Shown: piece after piece, positions 49,312-59,205 of the stretch
Layout of the letters: each line of letters begins with the position of its first letter
How positions within the stretch are numbered: position 1 is the stretch's first letter
Source: Nitrosomonadales bacterium
GTDB lineage: Bacteria; Pseudomonadota; Gammaproteobacteria; Burkholderiales; Gallionellaceae
DNA length: 64,000 nt
Direction of reading: 5' to 3'
Assembly: GCA_023259065.1 (NCBI GenBank)
Contig: JAHFQY010000003.1
Span: 34,043-98,042 of the forward strand
Notes under the pieces: generated by a model
Databases searched by the model: none
What the model was told of the DNA's origin: nothing
The model's input: only the letters and a program-made list of their open reading frames with translations
Translations under genes and position numbers: made by a program

Positions 49312-49355
49312 TCTTGGTAACCTCTGCCGAGTTTCCATCTACCTTAGCCGAATTC

Positions 49356-50909
49356 ATGCCGCAACCAAAACCCATTCCCATAGTTGACTTGTTTGCAGGG
49401 CCCGGAGGGCTGGGTGAGGGTTTCTCATCAGTTGATGATGGCAAAGCATTCAAGATAATTGTATCCGCTGAGATGGATGCCGCTGCTCACAAGACTCTTC
49501 GTTTGCGTTCGTTTTACAGAATTCTTCGCCGAAAAGGCGGCGAGTATCTGGAGAGCTATTACCGATACTGCAATGGTGAGGCAGCATCGCCATATAATCA
49601 GTCTACATCAACAGAGTGGGAGCAGGCAGGCAAGGAGGCCAAGCAAATTACTCTAGGTACGAAAGATGGAAACAAAGTACTTGATAACATTCTGAATGAA
49701 GAAGGCATAGGCTCAGAAAAGCCATGGGTTTTGATCGGAGGTCCGCCTTGCCAAGCCTACTCTCTCGTAGGCAGAGCGCGAAACAAAGGCAAACTAGATT
49801 ACAGGGCAGAAGAAGACCATCGCCATTTTTTGTATCAGGAATATTTGCGAATCATCCAGCAATACAAGCCCGCTGTATTTGTAATGGAGAACGTCAAAGG
49901 CATTCTTTCCTCGAAGATCAATGAACAATTAATTTTTCACACCATCCTCCGTGACCTTGCTGACCCAGATCTTGCGATATGTAAAAAATCTGGAGTGGGG
50001 TACAAGATACATTCCCTGGTTACCTCAACCGTATTTGATTCCAGCAGGAATCCAGAAGATATTGATGTACGAGATTTCATTATTCGAGCAGAGGAATATG
50101 GCATACCACAAGCGCGCCACCGCGTAATTTTGCTGGGCATCAGGGAAGATATCGATGCAAAACCGGGCAAACTCCTGAAACAGGAAGAGATGTCTTTTGA
50201 TAAAGTGACAAACGACTTACCTAAGTTGCGAAGCAAGCTGAGTAAGGAAACGGACAGCGCGGAAACTTGGGCTAAAGTAGTAAGGCAACATTTGATTGAA
50301 CTTGCCCGTGATGCAGCACGCAAAAAAGACTATCCAAAGCTGGCGATTGAGCTTGAAAAATGCGCAGCCAAAATCTCGTCGAAGCTTGAGTCGGGTAATT
50401 TGCGCAAAACAAAGCCAGAAAATGTAAAACAGCCGTTCCCAAAACTTAGCTGGTGGTATTCAGATCGCCATCTGAAGGTTTGGCTAAATCATGAAACGCG
50501 TGGGCATATGAATAGCGATCTTCGTCGATACGTCTATGCGGCAGCCTTCGCAAAGGAAAATAAACGCTCCCCCAAAGGCCATGAAGAATTCAGCTTAAAC
50601 GGGCTGGCACCAGCTCACGCCAATTGGGAAACAGGGAATTTTTCTGACAGATTCAGGGTGCAACTTAAAAACTCACCTTCAACTACGATAACCAGCCATA
50701 TTTCGAAAGACGGACACTACTTCATTCATCCCGATCCTTTGCAGTGCCGTAGCCTGACAGTGCGAGAAGCGGCACGGTTGCAAACATTTCCGGACAACTA
50801 TTTTTTTCAAGGCAACCGAACGCAGCAATTTCACCAAGTTGGGAATGCTGTCCCGCCTCTATTGGCGAGATATATAGCCAGCATTGTCAAAGACATACTT
50901 CCGGAATAA
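49356..50909 (+). CDS. dcm: DNA (cytosine-5)-methyltransferase
   Basis: Motif I DLFAGPGGLGEGF, IV GGPPCQAYS, VI FVMENVKG, VIII QARHRV, IX REAARLQTFPD, X QVGNAVPPLL. A long variable region lies between VIII and IX. ATG at 49356 chosen over the TTG at 49314. Confidence 0.9.
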   Translation: MPQPKPIPIVDLFAGPGGLGEGFSSVDDGKAFKIIVSAEMDAAAHKTLRLRSFYRILRRKGGEYLESYYRYCNGEAASPYNQSTSTEWEQAGKEAKQITLGTKDGNKVLDNILNEEGIGSEKPWVLIGGPPCQAYSLVGRARNKGKLDYRAEEDHRHFLYQEYLRIIQQYKPAVFVMENVKGILSSKINEQLIFHTILRDLADPDLAICKKSGVGYKIHSLVTSTVFDSSRNPEDIDVRDFIIRAEEYGIPQARHRVILLGIREDIDAKPGKLLKQEEMSFDKVTNDLPKLRSKLSKETDSAETWAKVVRQHLIELARDAARKKDYPKLAIELEKCAAKISSKLESGNLRKTKPENVKQPFPKLSWWYSDRHLKVWLNHETRGHMNSDLRRYVYAAAFAKENKRSPKGHEEFSLNGLAPAHANWETGNFSDRFRVQLKNSPSTTITSHISKDGHYFIHPDPLQCRSLTVREAARLQTFPDNYFFQGNRTQQFHQVGNAVPPLLARYIASIVKDILPE

Positions 50910-50921
50910 ATCGCTGCGTCA

Positions 50922-50944
50922 CAGTACATTTGTGAAATGTACTG
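50922..50944. promoter_or_regulatory. perfect 10-bp inverted repeat just after the dcm stop (terminator or operator)
   Basis: CAGTACATTT gtg AAATGTACTG. It is followed by an AT-rich tract containing TGTATACA and TATATA upstream of the 78-aa ORF. Confidence 0.4.
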
Positions 50945-51015
50945 CTTGTACTTCAACTGTATACACTATATATTTGCGCCCCATAGGCAATTAATGCGCG
51001 AGTATAGGGGCGTAC

Positions 51016-51252
51016 ATGAGCGAAATTATTCAATCTAAGAACAGAGAAAAATTCATTGAACTGGCGGAAAAACGAGTATCGCGAGTTATCAAGGATATTC
51101 GTTTAGTGGGCAACCTCTCGAATCGAAGTAACTATACGTATACGCAAGAAGATGCACGAAAGATTGTAAAAGCCTTGCGTGATGAGGTTGACGCACTAAA
51201 GGCTCGATTCGATGCAAAAGGTGGCGATGCAAAAGCAGTATTTAAACTCTGA
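51016..51252 (+). CDS. hypothetical small helical protein
   Basis: 78 aa ORF (MSEIIQSKNREKFIELAEKRVSRVIKDIRLVGNL...), with AGGGG upstream. On the same strand between dcm and the GHKL operon. No motif recognised. Confidence 0.5.
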   Translation: MSEIIQSKNREKFIELAEKRVSRVIKDIRLVGNLSNRSNYTYTQEDARKIVKALRDEVDALKARFDAKGGDAKAVFKL

Positions 51253-51420
51253 CGAACCAGTCAGCGGCAGAGGTTTACATGAAATGGCAATTTGAGGAAT
51301 ACCCCAATTCACTAGTCGAAACTGAGGTAACACAGCGAAATCAGTTCCGAAACGACGAGGCTTTCAATATTTGATTGGTCGGCCAGTAATAGCCTTGGAT
51401 CTGATGGAGGCAGGAAAATT

Positions 51421-53370
51421 ATGACAGCAAATTGGTGGTTCGAGCGTAAGCGGCGTGGCCAAAAATCACGTGATCCAATGCAGGCGAGTTTTTTTACCAA
51501 CTCGAGTATAGACGACGATACACACGCATTGGTGCGTGAAGCGATCCAGAATTCGCTGGATGCGAAATCGGATCGCTTATCGACAGAACCTGTGAAGGTA
51601 CGCTTCTCCTTAGGGTCTCACGCTGCGGCAACTGGTGTGATGGCGCGTTATGTGTCGGACGAGGCATGGCAACATTTCAATGCCGAAAACAATGGACTGG
51701 TGTCCCCACCAACGGCGTCTGATGTTTGCAGGTATTTGGTCTATGAGGATTTCAACACGAAAGGACTCGTGGGCGACGTAATGTCCGATGAAGCACAATC
51801 GGAGAACTCATTCTTTTTTTTCATGCGTGCCGAGGGGCAGTCCGGAAAGAAAGAGGGCGAACTAGGGCGCCACGGCATAGGGAAGTACGTCTTTCCCTAT
51901 ACCAGTGGTATCCGTATGTTCATTGCGGCCACTGTTCGAATCACGGATGGTCGTTGCCTCATAGCCGGCCAAAGTGTGCTTAAGTCTCATCAAGTGGATG
52001 GTGAGCGCTACACGCCAGATGGCTGGTGGGGTGGAATAGAAAGGGATGCTAAGGATGACAATTTCCCACTTCCTGTAGAAGATCCAATCCTCTTTGCACA
52101 GCTCGTTACGGACTTCGGTCTCGCAAGATCATCCGATCAGTCGGGTTTGTCACTTATCATGCCTTACGTTCAGCCGGAGGTGACGGTCAATAAACTTTCT
52201 GAGCACGTGGTCTGCGAATACTTCTGGCCGATAATGAATGGCCAGTTAGTGGTCGAGGTAGTTGAAGACGGGCAGTCGCGTATGATCGACAGCTCCAGTA
52301 TTCGTGAGAAACTTGATGGGCTTCTACTGCCCGGACAAATTGATCAGATTGCTCCATTTACAGCGCTCACCTCAAGGGCTCTCAATAGTGGGAGCTATCC
52401 GACTTTCGAACTGAAACCTCCTGAAGTGCCGTCGCAGCCAAAGTGGGATAAGGACTATCTGACCAAGGAAAAAGCAAGTCAGATTCACGAAGAGCTATCG
52501 AAAACTGATGGATTCATTCGTGTTCGTTGCTATCTGCACGTGCAGGAAATCAGCACGAAAGAAGCGAGGAAATCACACTTCGATATATATCTGTCCAAGG
52601 ATGTCTCAGATATTTCGCGTAAACCTCGGTTCCTGCGTGAAGGCATCCTCATCCCTGAGGATCGCGTGCCGAAGGTGCGCGGCTATACAAGCATGGTTGT
52701 GATAGAGGAGGGGTCGCTCGCGACACTGCTCGGAGATTCAGAAAATCCGGCACACACAGAGTGGGAAAAGAATGCGACCAAGTTCAAAGGCAAGTACCGT
52801 TGGGGGGCTACCACCATTGATTTTGTCCGCCTTTCTGTAAGAAATTTTCTGCATCTGATGAGTCAAGGGGATGAAGAGGAGGATGTTGCGATTCTCTCTG
52901 ATATTTTCTATCTCGATCTGCCCGAGAACGATGATGATGTTCCTGGATCTCGCAAGCGTGCGAAACGTGAAAAGCCCGAGCCAGGCACAGTGCCGCCTAT
53001 CGAGCCACCACCGCCACCTCGCCCTCAGTCCTATCGGTTGGCCAAGTTAGAAGACGGCTTCATCCTCAAAGGTCCCACTGAGAATCTTCAGCAAAGACGC
53101 AGATATGTTATCAAGGTTGCGTATGACTTTGCTGGGGCATCGAAAGCTCGTGCATTGAAGCAGTGGGACAAGAAGGATTTTGACCTTGGCAAAGCAAGCA
53201 ATGTCTGTGCTCCCGAAACTGAGAATATGAGCAACGTTGTTATCGGTGGTAACACTGTGGCATTTGAGGCAGACACGAATGATTTCATTCTGTCTGTCCA
53301 CGGGTTTGATCGTCGCAGGGACATAATCGTGGACGTAGATTCGGAGGTGGTGCTCGATGAAACGGTTTAA
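51421..53370 (+). CDS. divergent GHKL (Bergerat-fold, sacsin/MORC/HSP90-like) ATPase, 649 aa
   Basis: N-box LVREAIQNSLDA (ExxxNxxDA), then YEDFNTKGL and GELGRHGIGKYVF (GxxGxG). GGAGG/AGGA precedes the ATG. About 500 further residues have no nameable domain, plus a Pro-rich linker PPIEPPPPPRPQ. Confidence 0.7.
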   Translation: MTANWWFERKRRGQKSRDPMQASFFTNSSIDDDTHALVREAIQNSLDAKSDRLSTEPVKVRFSLGSHAAATGVMARYVSDEAWQHFNAENNGLVSPPTASDVCRYLVYEDFNTKGLVGDVMSDEAQSENSFFFFMRAEGQSGKKEGELGRHGIGKYVFPYTSGIRMFIAATVRITDGRCLIAGQSVLKSHQVDGERYTPDGWWGGIERDAKDDNFPLPVEDPILFAQLVTDFGLARSSDQSGLSLIMPYVQPEVTVNKLSEHVVCEYFWPIMNGQLVVEVVEDGQSRMIDSSSIREKLDGLLLPGQIDQIAPFTALTSRALNSGSYPTFELKPPEVPSQPKWDKDYLTKEKASQIHEELSKTDGFIRVRCYLHVQEISTKEARKSHFDIYLSKDVSDISRKPRFLREGILIPEDRVPKVRGYTSMVVIEEGSLATLLGDSENPAHTEWEKNATKFKGKYRWGATTIDFVRLSVRNFLHLMSQGDEEEDVAILSDIFYLDLPENDDDVPGSRKRAKREKPEPGTVPPIEPPPPPRPQSYRLAKLEDGFILKGPTENLQQRRRYVIKVAYDFAGASKARALKQWDKKDFDLGKASNVCAPETENMSNVVIGGNTVAFEADTNDFILSVHGFDRRRDIIVDVDSEVVLDETV

Positions 53371-54121
53371 CTACACGGGTCGCAAAAAAATTCTTCGCGA
53401 GGATGTGAAGATCCGCCTGCAGGGAAATTTCAACGATAAGCCAATCGTCGATGTAGTGATGAATCTCAGTGATTACGGCTTTCCGCAGGAAAGCAGCGTC
53501 TTTCTGGAGCCACAACGAAAAACCCGCTTCATGAGAATAGAGCTGGGCGAGGCTGCGAACAGCGTCAGGCGAAACAGCATTAAGCTGACAGAGTTTGACG
53601 ATGCCCAGGACATCGACTTTCGGGTGAAAGTAGTCGATGCATCAAAGGGGCTGCTGCTGGGTATTGCGGAAAATATCAAGCCATACAGCAAAGATGACCA
53701 GCTTGACGAAAACCAGCAGAGCATTCTGCCGGTTTCAAGTGTTGATTTGTCTTCGGCTGGAGTGCTATGGCGCATTTCGCAGGATGACCAGAAGGCCGTT
53801 TTGGAGATAGAGCGTGAACTGGGTAGCCGTGATCAGGTCGTGCGCTCGTTGATGTTCAGAGCATTCATTTTGCCTGCAGCAATGCGTCAGATTCTGGTTC
53901 AGGTATTGTCTGAAGACGATTGGGATGAGGAGTTTTCTGATCCGCAGGATTTATCTACCAAGTGGCTGTTGTTTACGCGTCAGATTGGAGCTGGCATGCC
54001 TGAGAAGAACGCCGCAGATCGAAATGAGGAATGGATCGATACAGCTGTTAGGATTCTTGCGAACAGGATTGGTGTTCGCCGGGAGGCAATTGAAGCCTCT
54101 GCTGAAGGAGCATGGAAATGA
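53357..54121 (+). CDS. hypothetical protein, 254 aa, translationally coupled to the GHKL gene
   Basis: ATG at 53357 with GGAGG 9 nt upstream. Overlaps the GHKL stop by 14 nt. No motif recognised. Confidence 0.6.
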   Translation: MKRFNYTGRKKILREDVKIRLQGNFNDKPIVDVVMNLSDYGFPQESSVFLEPQRKTRFMRIELGEAANSVRRNSIKLTEFDDAQDIDFRVKVVDASKGLLLGIAENIKPYSKDDQLDENQQSILPVSSVDLSSAGVLWRISQDDQKAVLEIERELGSRDQVVRSLMFRAFILPAAMRQILVQVLSEDDWDEEFSDPQDLSTKWLLFTRQIGAGMPEKNAADRNEEWIDTAVRILANRIGVRREAIEASAEGAWK

Positions 54122-54837
54122 AAATAATGCGAATGACCGAGCAGGGCAAGCTCCGCTTCATGGGTTTTCTCGACAGTCAGAAGACTGATCAGCCACAGGC
54201 ATTTCCTCAGGAACTGCTGACCCCATCGGAGTTTGCTGAGCCCATCGGTGGAAACAGCGCAGTGCTTGACGGTTTGAATCTTGACGACAAACTGGCAACA
54301 GCCAAGGTGCTAAATGAAATTGTCGTAGACTTGGAACTGATATCAGCAGAGAGAGACCAGGGCTTCTGGACGTGGTGCTCTGCATATCTGTTCGACCGGC
54401 TCTGTAAAAAATCCGGAGGCAAATTGGCACCGGGTGAGATGCCAATTTGGGTGGCTGAGCCCGACAACTGGCAGCGCTACTATAGGCACTATCTTGCTTC
54501 AATCTGGCGTGTGTATGTTGCTCACCGTGAGAAGGTGGAAGAGCTCGTAGTGCTTCTGAACGGGCCTGTGAATACACCAGGAGAACTATGGGCGCAGATA
54601 GCAGCAACGCAGACACTTATTACAAACCCGTCTATGATCGATGCGGTTCATTACCTCTACTGGGATAAAGAGAACCAGACAAGGAAGCGAGGTGCCGGAG
54701 GAGAGAGTCCAAGGCGCCTTACTAAAGTGTTAAGACAATTTGAGCGAACCTATGATTTTGTGGCAATGACTGGAAGCCAGATCGTTGAACTATTGCCGTC
54801 TGAGTTCGATCGTTTCAAGGAGCTGAATGCGGCATAA
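54118..54837 (+). CDS. hypothetical protein, about 239 aa, third gene of the GHKL operon
   Basis: ATGA stop/start overlap at 54118-54121 with GGAG 7 nt upstream. An alternative ATG lies at 54112. No motif recognised. Confidence 0.6.
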   Translation: MKIMRMTEQGKLRFMGFLDSQKTDQPQAFPQELLTPSEFAEPIGGNSAVLDGLNLDDKLATAKVLNEIVVDLELISAERDQGFWTWCSAYLFDRLCKKSGGKLAPGEMPIWVAEPDNWQRYYRHYLASIWRVYVAHREKVEELVVLLNGPVNTPGELWAQIAATQTLITNPSMIDAVHYLYWDKENQTRKRGAGGESPRRLTKVLRQFERTYDFVAMTGSQIVELLPSEFDRFKELNAA

Positions 54838-54936
54838 ACTTTAGCAACACATTGTGCTGAGAAGAGTTAGTTATGAAACAGGCTACTGCGCTACCCCAAT
54901 TTTCGGTTGATAGGCAATAGTCTGCACACAAAGGGT

Positions 54937-55077
54937 TTACGCCTTGTGATAAACCTCCGCCCCCTGCTTCACAAACTTCACCGGCTTCACTTCCATTCCT
55001 TCTTCCAACGCTGCTTGCTCGGATAGGCCTTCCTTCGCGGCGCAGTCGCGCACGTCCTGGCTGATCTTCATCGAGCA
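54937..55077 (-). pseudogene. thiC: orphan 3' fragment of thiC (last 46 codons plus stop)
   Basis: The minus strand translates to [46 protein letters not shown], against the intact ThiC C terminus [46 protein letters not shown]. 126/138 nt are identical to 57081-57218, with no indels. Confidence 0.9.
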
Positions 55078-55089
55078 AAGGGCCTCTTG

Positions 55090-55118
55090 TTGACATCAGA
55101 ACGTTCGTTCTCTACGAT
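55090..55118 (+). promoter_or_regulatory. sigma70-type promoter with an embedded palindromic operator upstream of the Bro-N/dinD pair
   Basis: TTGACA (55090-55095), 17-nt spacer, TACGAT (55113-55118). The spacer contains the perfect palindrome AGAACGTTCGTTCT (55098-55111), which is GAAC-N4-GTTC. Confidence 0.55.
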
Positions 55119-55196
55119 GCGGAAGCCGTTTCGCCAACCGGTGATACAAGTCGCCGACTGACATTTCCCTGCATCCCATATCGAGGAGTCCCGAGC

Positions 55197-56033
55197 ATGC
55201 GGCCCCAGCCAGCCATCTTTGAAGAACACGCGATCCGTCGCGTGTATGACGAGGCCACTGAGACATGGTGGTTCTCGGTTGTGGACATCGTGCAGGTGTT
55301 GACGCAACAGCAGGATTATCAGACCGCCAGAAAATACTGGAACAAGCTGAAAGAGCGACTAGGCAAGGAGGGTAGTGAGTCGGTGACAAATTGTCACCGA
55401 CTGAAATTGCCTGCCGCAGACGGCAAGAATTACCTCACCGATGTTGCAACTGCCGAGATCCTGCTGCGTCTGGTGCAGTCTGTGCCCAGCCCGAAGGCCG
55501 AGCCGATCAAGTTGTGGCTGGCGAAGGTGGGTTATGAACGGATGCAGGAGATGGCCGATCCCTCACTCTCGCTGGAGCGCGCCCGCGAGACTTGGCAGAA
55601 ACACGGACGCAGCGAGAAGTGGATTCAGCAGCGCATGACCGGGCAAGAGACGCGCAACAAGCTGACCGACTATTGGAAGGAGCACGACATCAAGGAGGGC
55701 GAGGAATACGCGATCCTCACCAACATCATTCATCAGGAGTGGGCCGAGGTGGATGTCAAAACTCACAAGACGATGAAGGGGCTGAAGACGCAAAACCTGC
55801 GCGACCACATGAGCGAGGCCGAATTGATCTTTACTGCGCTGGCAGAACTGTCCACGCGCCAGATCGCCGAGAGCGTGGATGCGACGGGTATGAACGAGAA
55901 TGAAGATGCCGCGAGGAATGGCGGCGGTATCGCCCGGAAAGCTCGGCTGGAGCTGGAAGGTAAAACCGGAAAGAAGGTGGTTACGACAGAAAGTTATTTG
56001 CCCCCTGCCAGGAAGAAACTGGAAAAGAAATAA
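55197..56033 (+). CDS. Bro-N domain protein with DinD-like C-terminal domain
   Basis: 278 aa. N-terminal FEEHAIRRVYDEATETWWFSVVDIVQVL is a Bro-N pattern. The C-terminal half shares YAI / KGLK / DHM..EL landmarks and the KK(L/V)EKK tail with the next gene. GAGGAG lies 8 nt upstream. Confidence 0.7.
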   Translation: MRPQPAIFEEHAIRRVYDEATETWWFSVVDIVQVLTQQQDYQTARKYWNKLKERLGKEGSESVTNCHRLKLPAADGKNYLTDVATAEILLRLVQSVPSPKAEPIKLWLAKVGYERMQEMADPSLSLERARETWQKHGRSEKWIQQRMTGQETRNKLTDYWKEHDIKEGEEYAILTNIIHQEWAEVDVKTHKTMKGLKTQNLRDHMSEAELIFTALAELSTRQIAESVDATGMNENEDAARNGGGIARKARLELEGKTGKKVVTTESYLPPARKKLEKK

Positions 56034-56060
56034 GCACGTGACCGGCACAAGGAGTGACAC

Positions 56061-56903
56061 ATGGCAAACAAGCGAGTCGACGAGCAACATCACCAGACCT
56101 TCGATGGCATACGCCAGTTCGATGATGAAGACAACGAATACTGGCCTGCGCGCCAGCTTGCGAATGTGCTGGAATATTCAGAGTATCGCCATTTCCTGCC
56201 GGTTATCGAGCGCGCCCGCGAAGCCTGTCGCAACAGCGGTCATCCCGTAACGGACCATTTCGAGGATGTCCTCGAAATGGTCGAGATCGGTTCGGGCGCG
56301 AAACGCCAGATCGCCGATATACGCCTCTCGCGTTATGCCTGTTACCTTATCGTCCAGAACGGTGACCCTTCCAAATCCGTTATCGCTAACGGCCAGACCT
56401 ATTTCGCCATGCAGACCCGGCGGCAGGAACTGAGCGACAACGATGCATTCGCGAAACTATCGGAAGACGATAAACGCCTCGCCATTCGCAACGAATTGGC
56501 CGAGCACAACAAGTATCTTGCCGCAGCAGCCAAGGATGCCGGTGTGGAAACTCCGCTGGACTACGCGATCTTTCAGGATCATGGCTACAAGGGGTTGTAC
56601 GGCGGGCGTGGTGCCAAGGATATTCATGCCGCGAAAGGGCTGAAGAAAAGCCAGAAAATACTCGACCACATGGGCAGTACCGAACTCGCCGCCAACCTGT
56701 TCCGCGCCACGCAAACGGAAGAGAAGCTGCGCCGGGACGAAGTGCGCGGGAAGCAGAAAGCCAACCAGACCCACTATGAAGTGGGCAAGAAAGTGCGCCA
56801 GACTATCGATGAACTGGGCGGCACCATGCCTGAAGCGTTACCGGTGCCGGAGGCGAGTATCAGGCAACTGGAGAGCGGCAAGAAGAAAGTGGAGAAGAAA
56901 TAA
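56061..56903 (+). CDS. dinD: DNA damage-inducible protein D
   Basis: 280 aa. HHQTFDGIRQ...WPARQLANVLEYSEYRHFLPVIERAREACRNSGHPVTDHFEDVLEMVEIGSGAKRQIADIRLSRYACYLIVQNGDPSKSVIANGQTYFAMQTRRQEL is collinear with E. coli DinD. Confidence 0.85.
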   Translation: MANKRVDEQHHQTFDGIRQFDDEDNEYWPARQLANVLEYSEYRHFLPVIERAREACRNSGHPVTDHFEDVLEMVEIGSGAKRQIADIRLSRYACYLIVQNGDPSKSVIANGQTYFAMQTRRQELSDNDAFAKLSEDDKRLAIRNELAEHNKYLAAAAKDAGVETPLDYAIFQDHGYKGLYGGRGAKDIHAAKGLKKSQKILDHMGSTELAANLFRATQTEEKLRRDEVRGKQKANQTHYEVGKKVRQTIDELGGTMPEALPVPEASIRQLESGKKKVEKK

Positions 56904-56972
56904 CTTGTGGCGGTCACCATTGGAAAGGTAATTCTGCCTTTAGGAAGCGCGCTGGTTTATTCGGTTTTGTCG

Positions 56973-57031
56973 CACCGGCGAAGGCCGGTGCCCAGTTGAA
57001 TTAAGGCGCTGGATACCGGCCTTCGCCGGTA
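56973..57031. repeat. pair of mutually inverted REP-like palindromes between convergent dinD and thiC
   Basis: CACCGGCGAAGGCCGGTG (56973-56990) and TACCGGCCTTCGCCGGTA (57014-57031). Each is self-complementary and the cores are reverse complements of each other. An imperfect outer repeat TTAGGAAGC / GCTTCCTTAGG lies at about 56939 and 57049. Confidence 0.7.
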
Positions 57032-57077
57032 TGACGGACAAATCAGTGCTTCCTTAGGTGTTTAGGCGATGCGGGCA

Positions 57078-59082
<2,005 letters not shown>

Positions 59083-59205
59083 CTGCAAGTTACTGGAAAC
59101 AGGCCTCAAAAGCAAGCCGGCAGGTTACATTGAGCGCGGCAGGTGGTATTGTTATACTCAAGTCGATTTCAAGAGTGTCATTGCAGACAGCAAAGGGGCA
59201 GGCGC

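Larger units (their letters stand above)
47776..54936. mobile_element. low-GC genomic island (TA pair, vsr, dcm, GHKL operon) with no integrase detected
   Basis: Spot GC counts on single 60-nt lines are about 42-48 % (for example lines 49921, 50341 and 52021) versus about 63 % in cusA (line 9541). Gene content is defence and addiction type. The right edge is the thiC 3' remnant. The left edge is only inferred from the end of the SWIM gene. Confidence 0.55.

Noticed and set aside
54815-55096. 93-aa ORF across the thiC remnant, and the analogous 57043-57627 ORF over the real thiC end
   Set aside because: Both are out-of-frame readings of thiC-derived sequence. The correct frame gives the ThiC C-terminal peptide.
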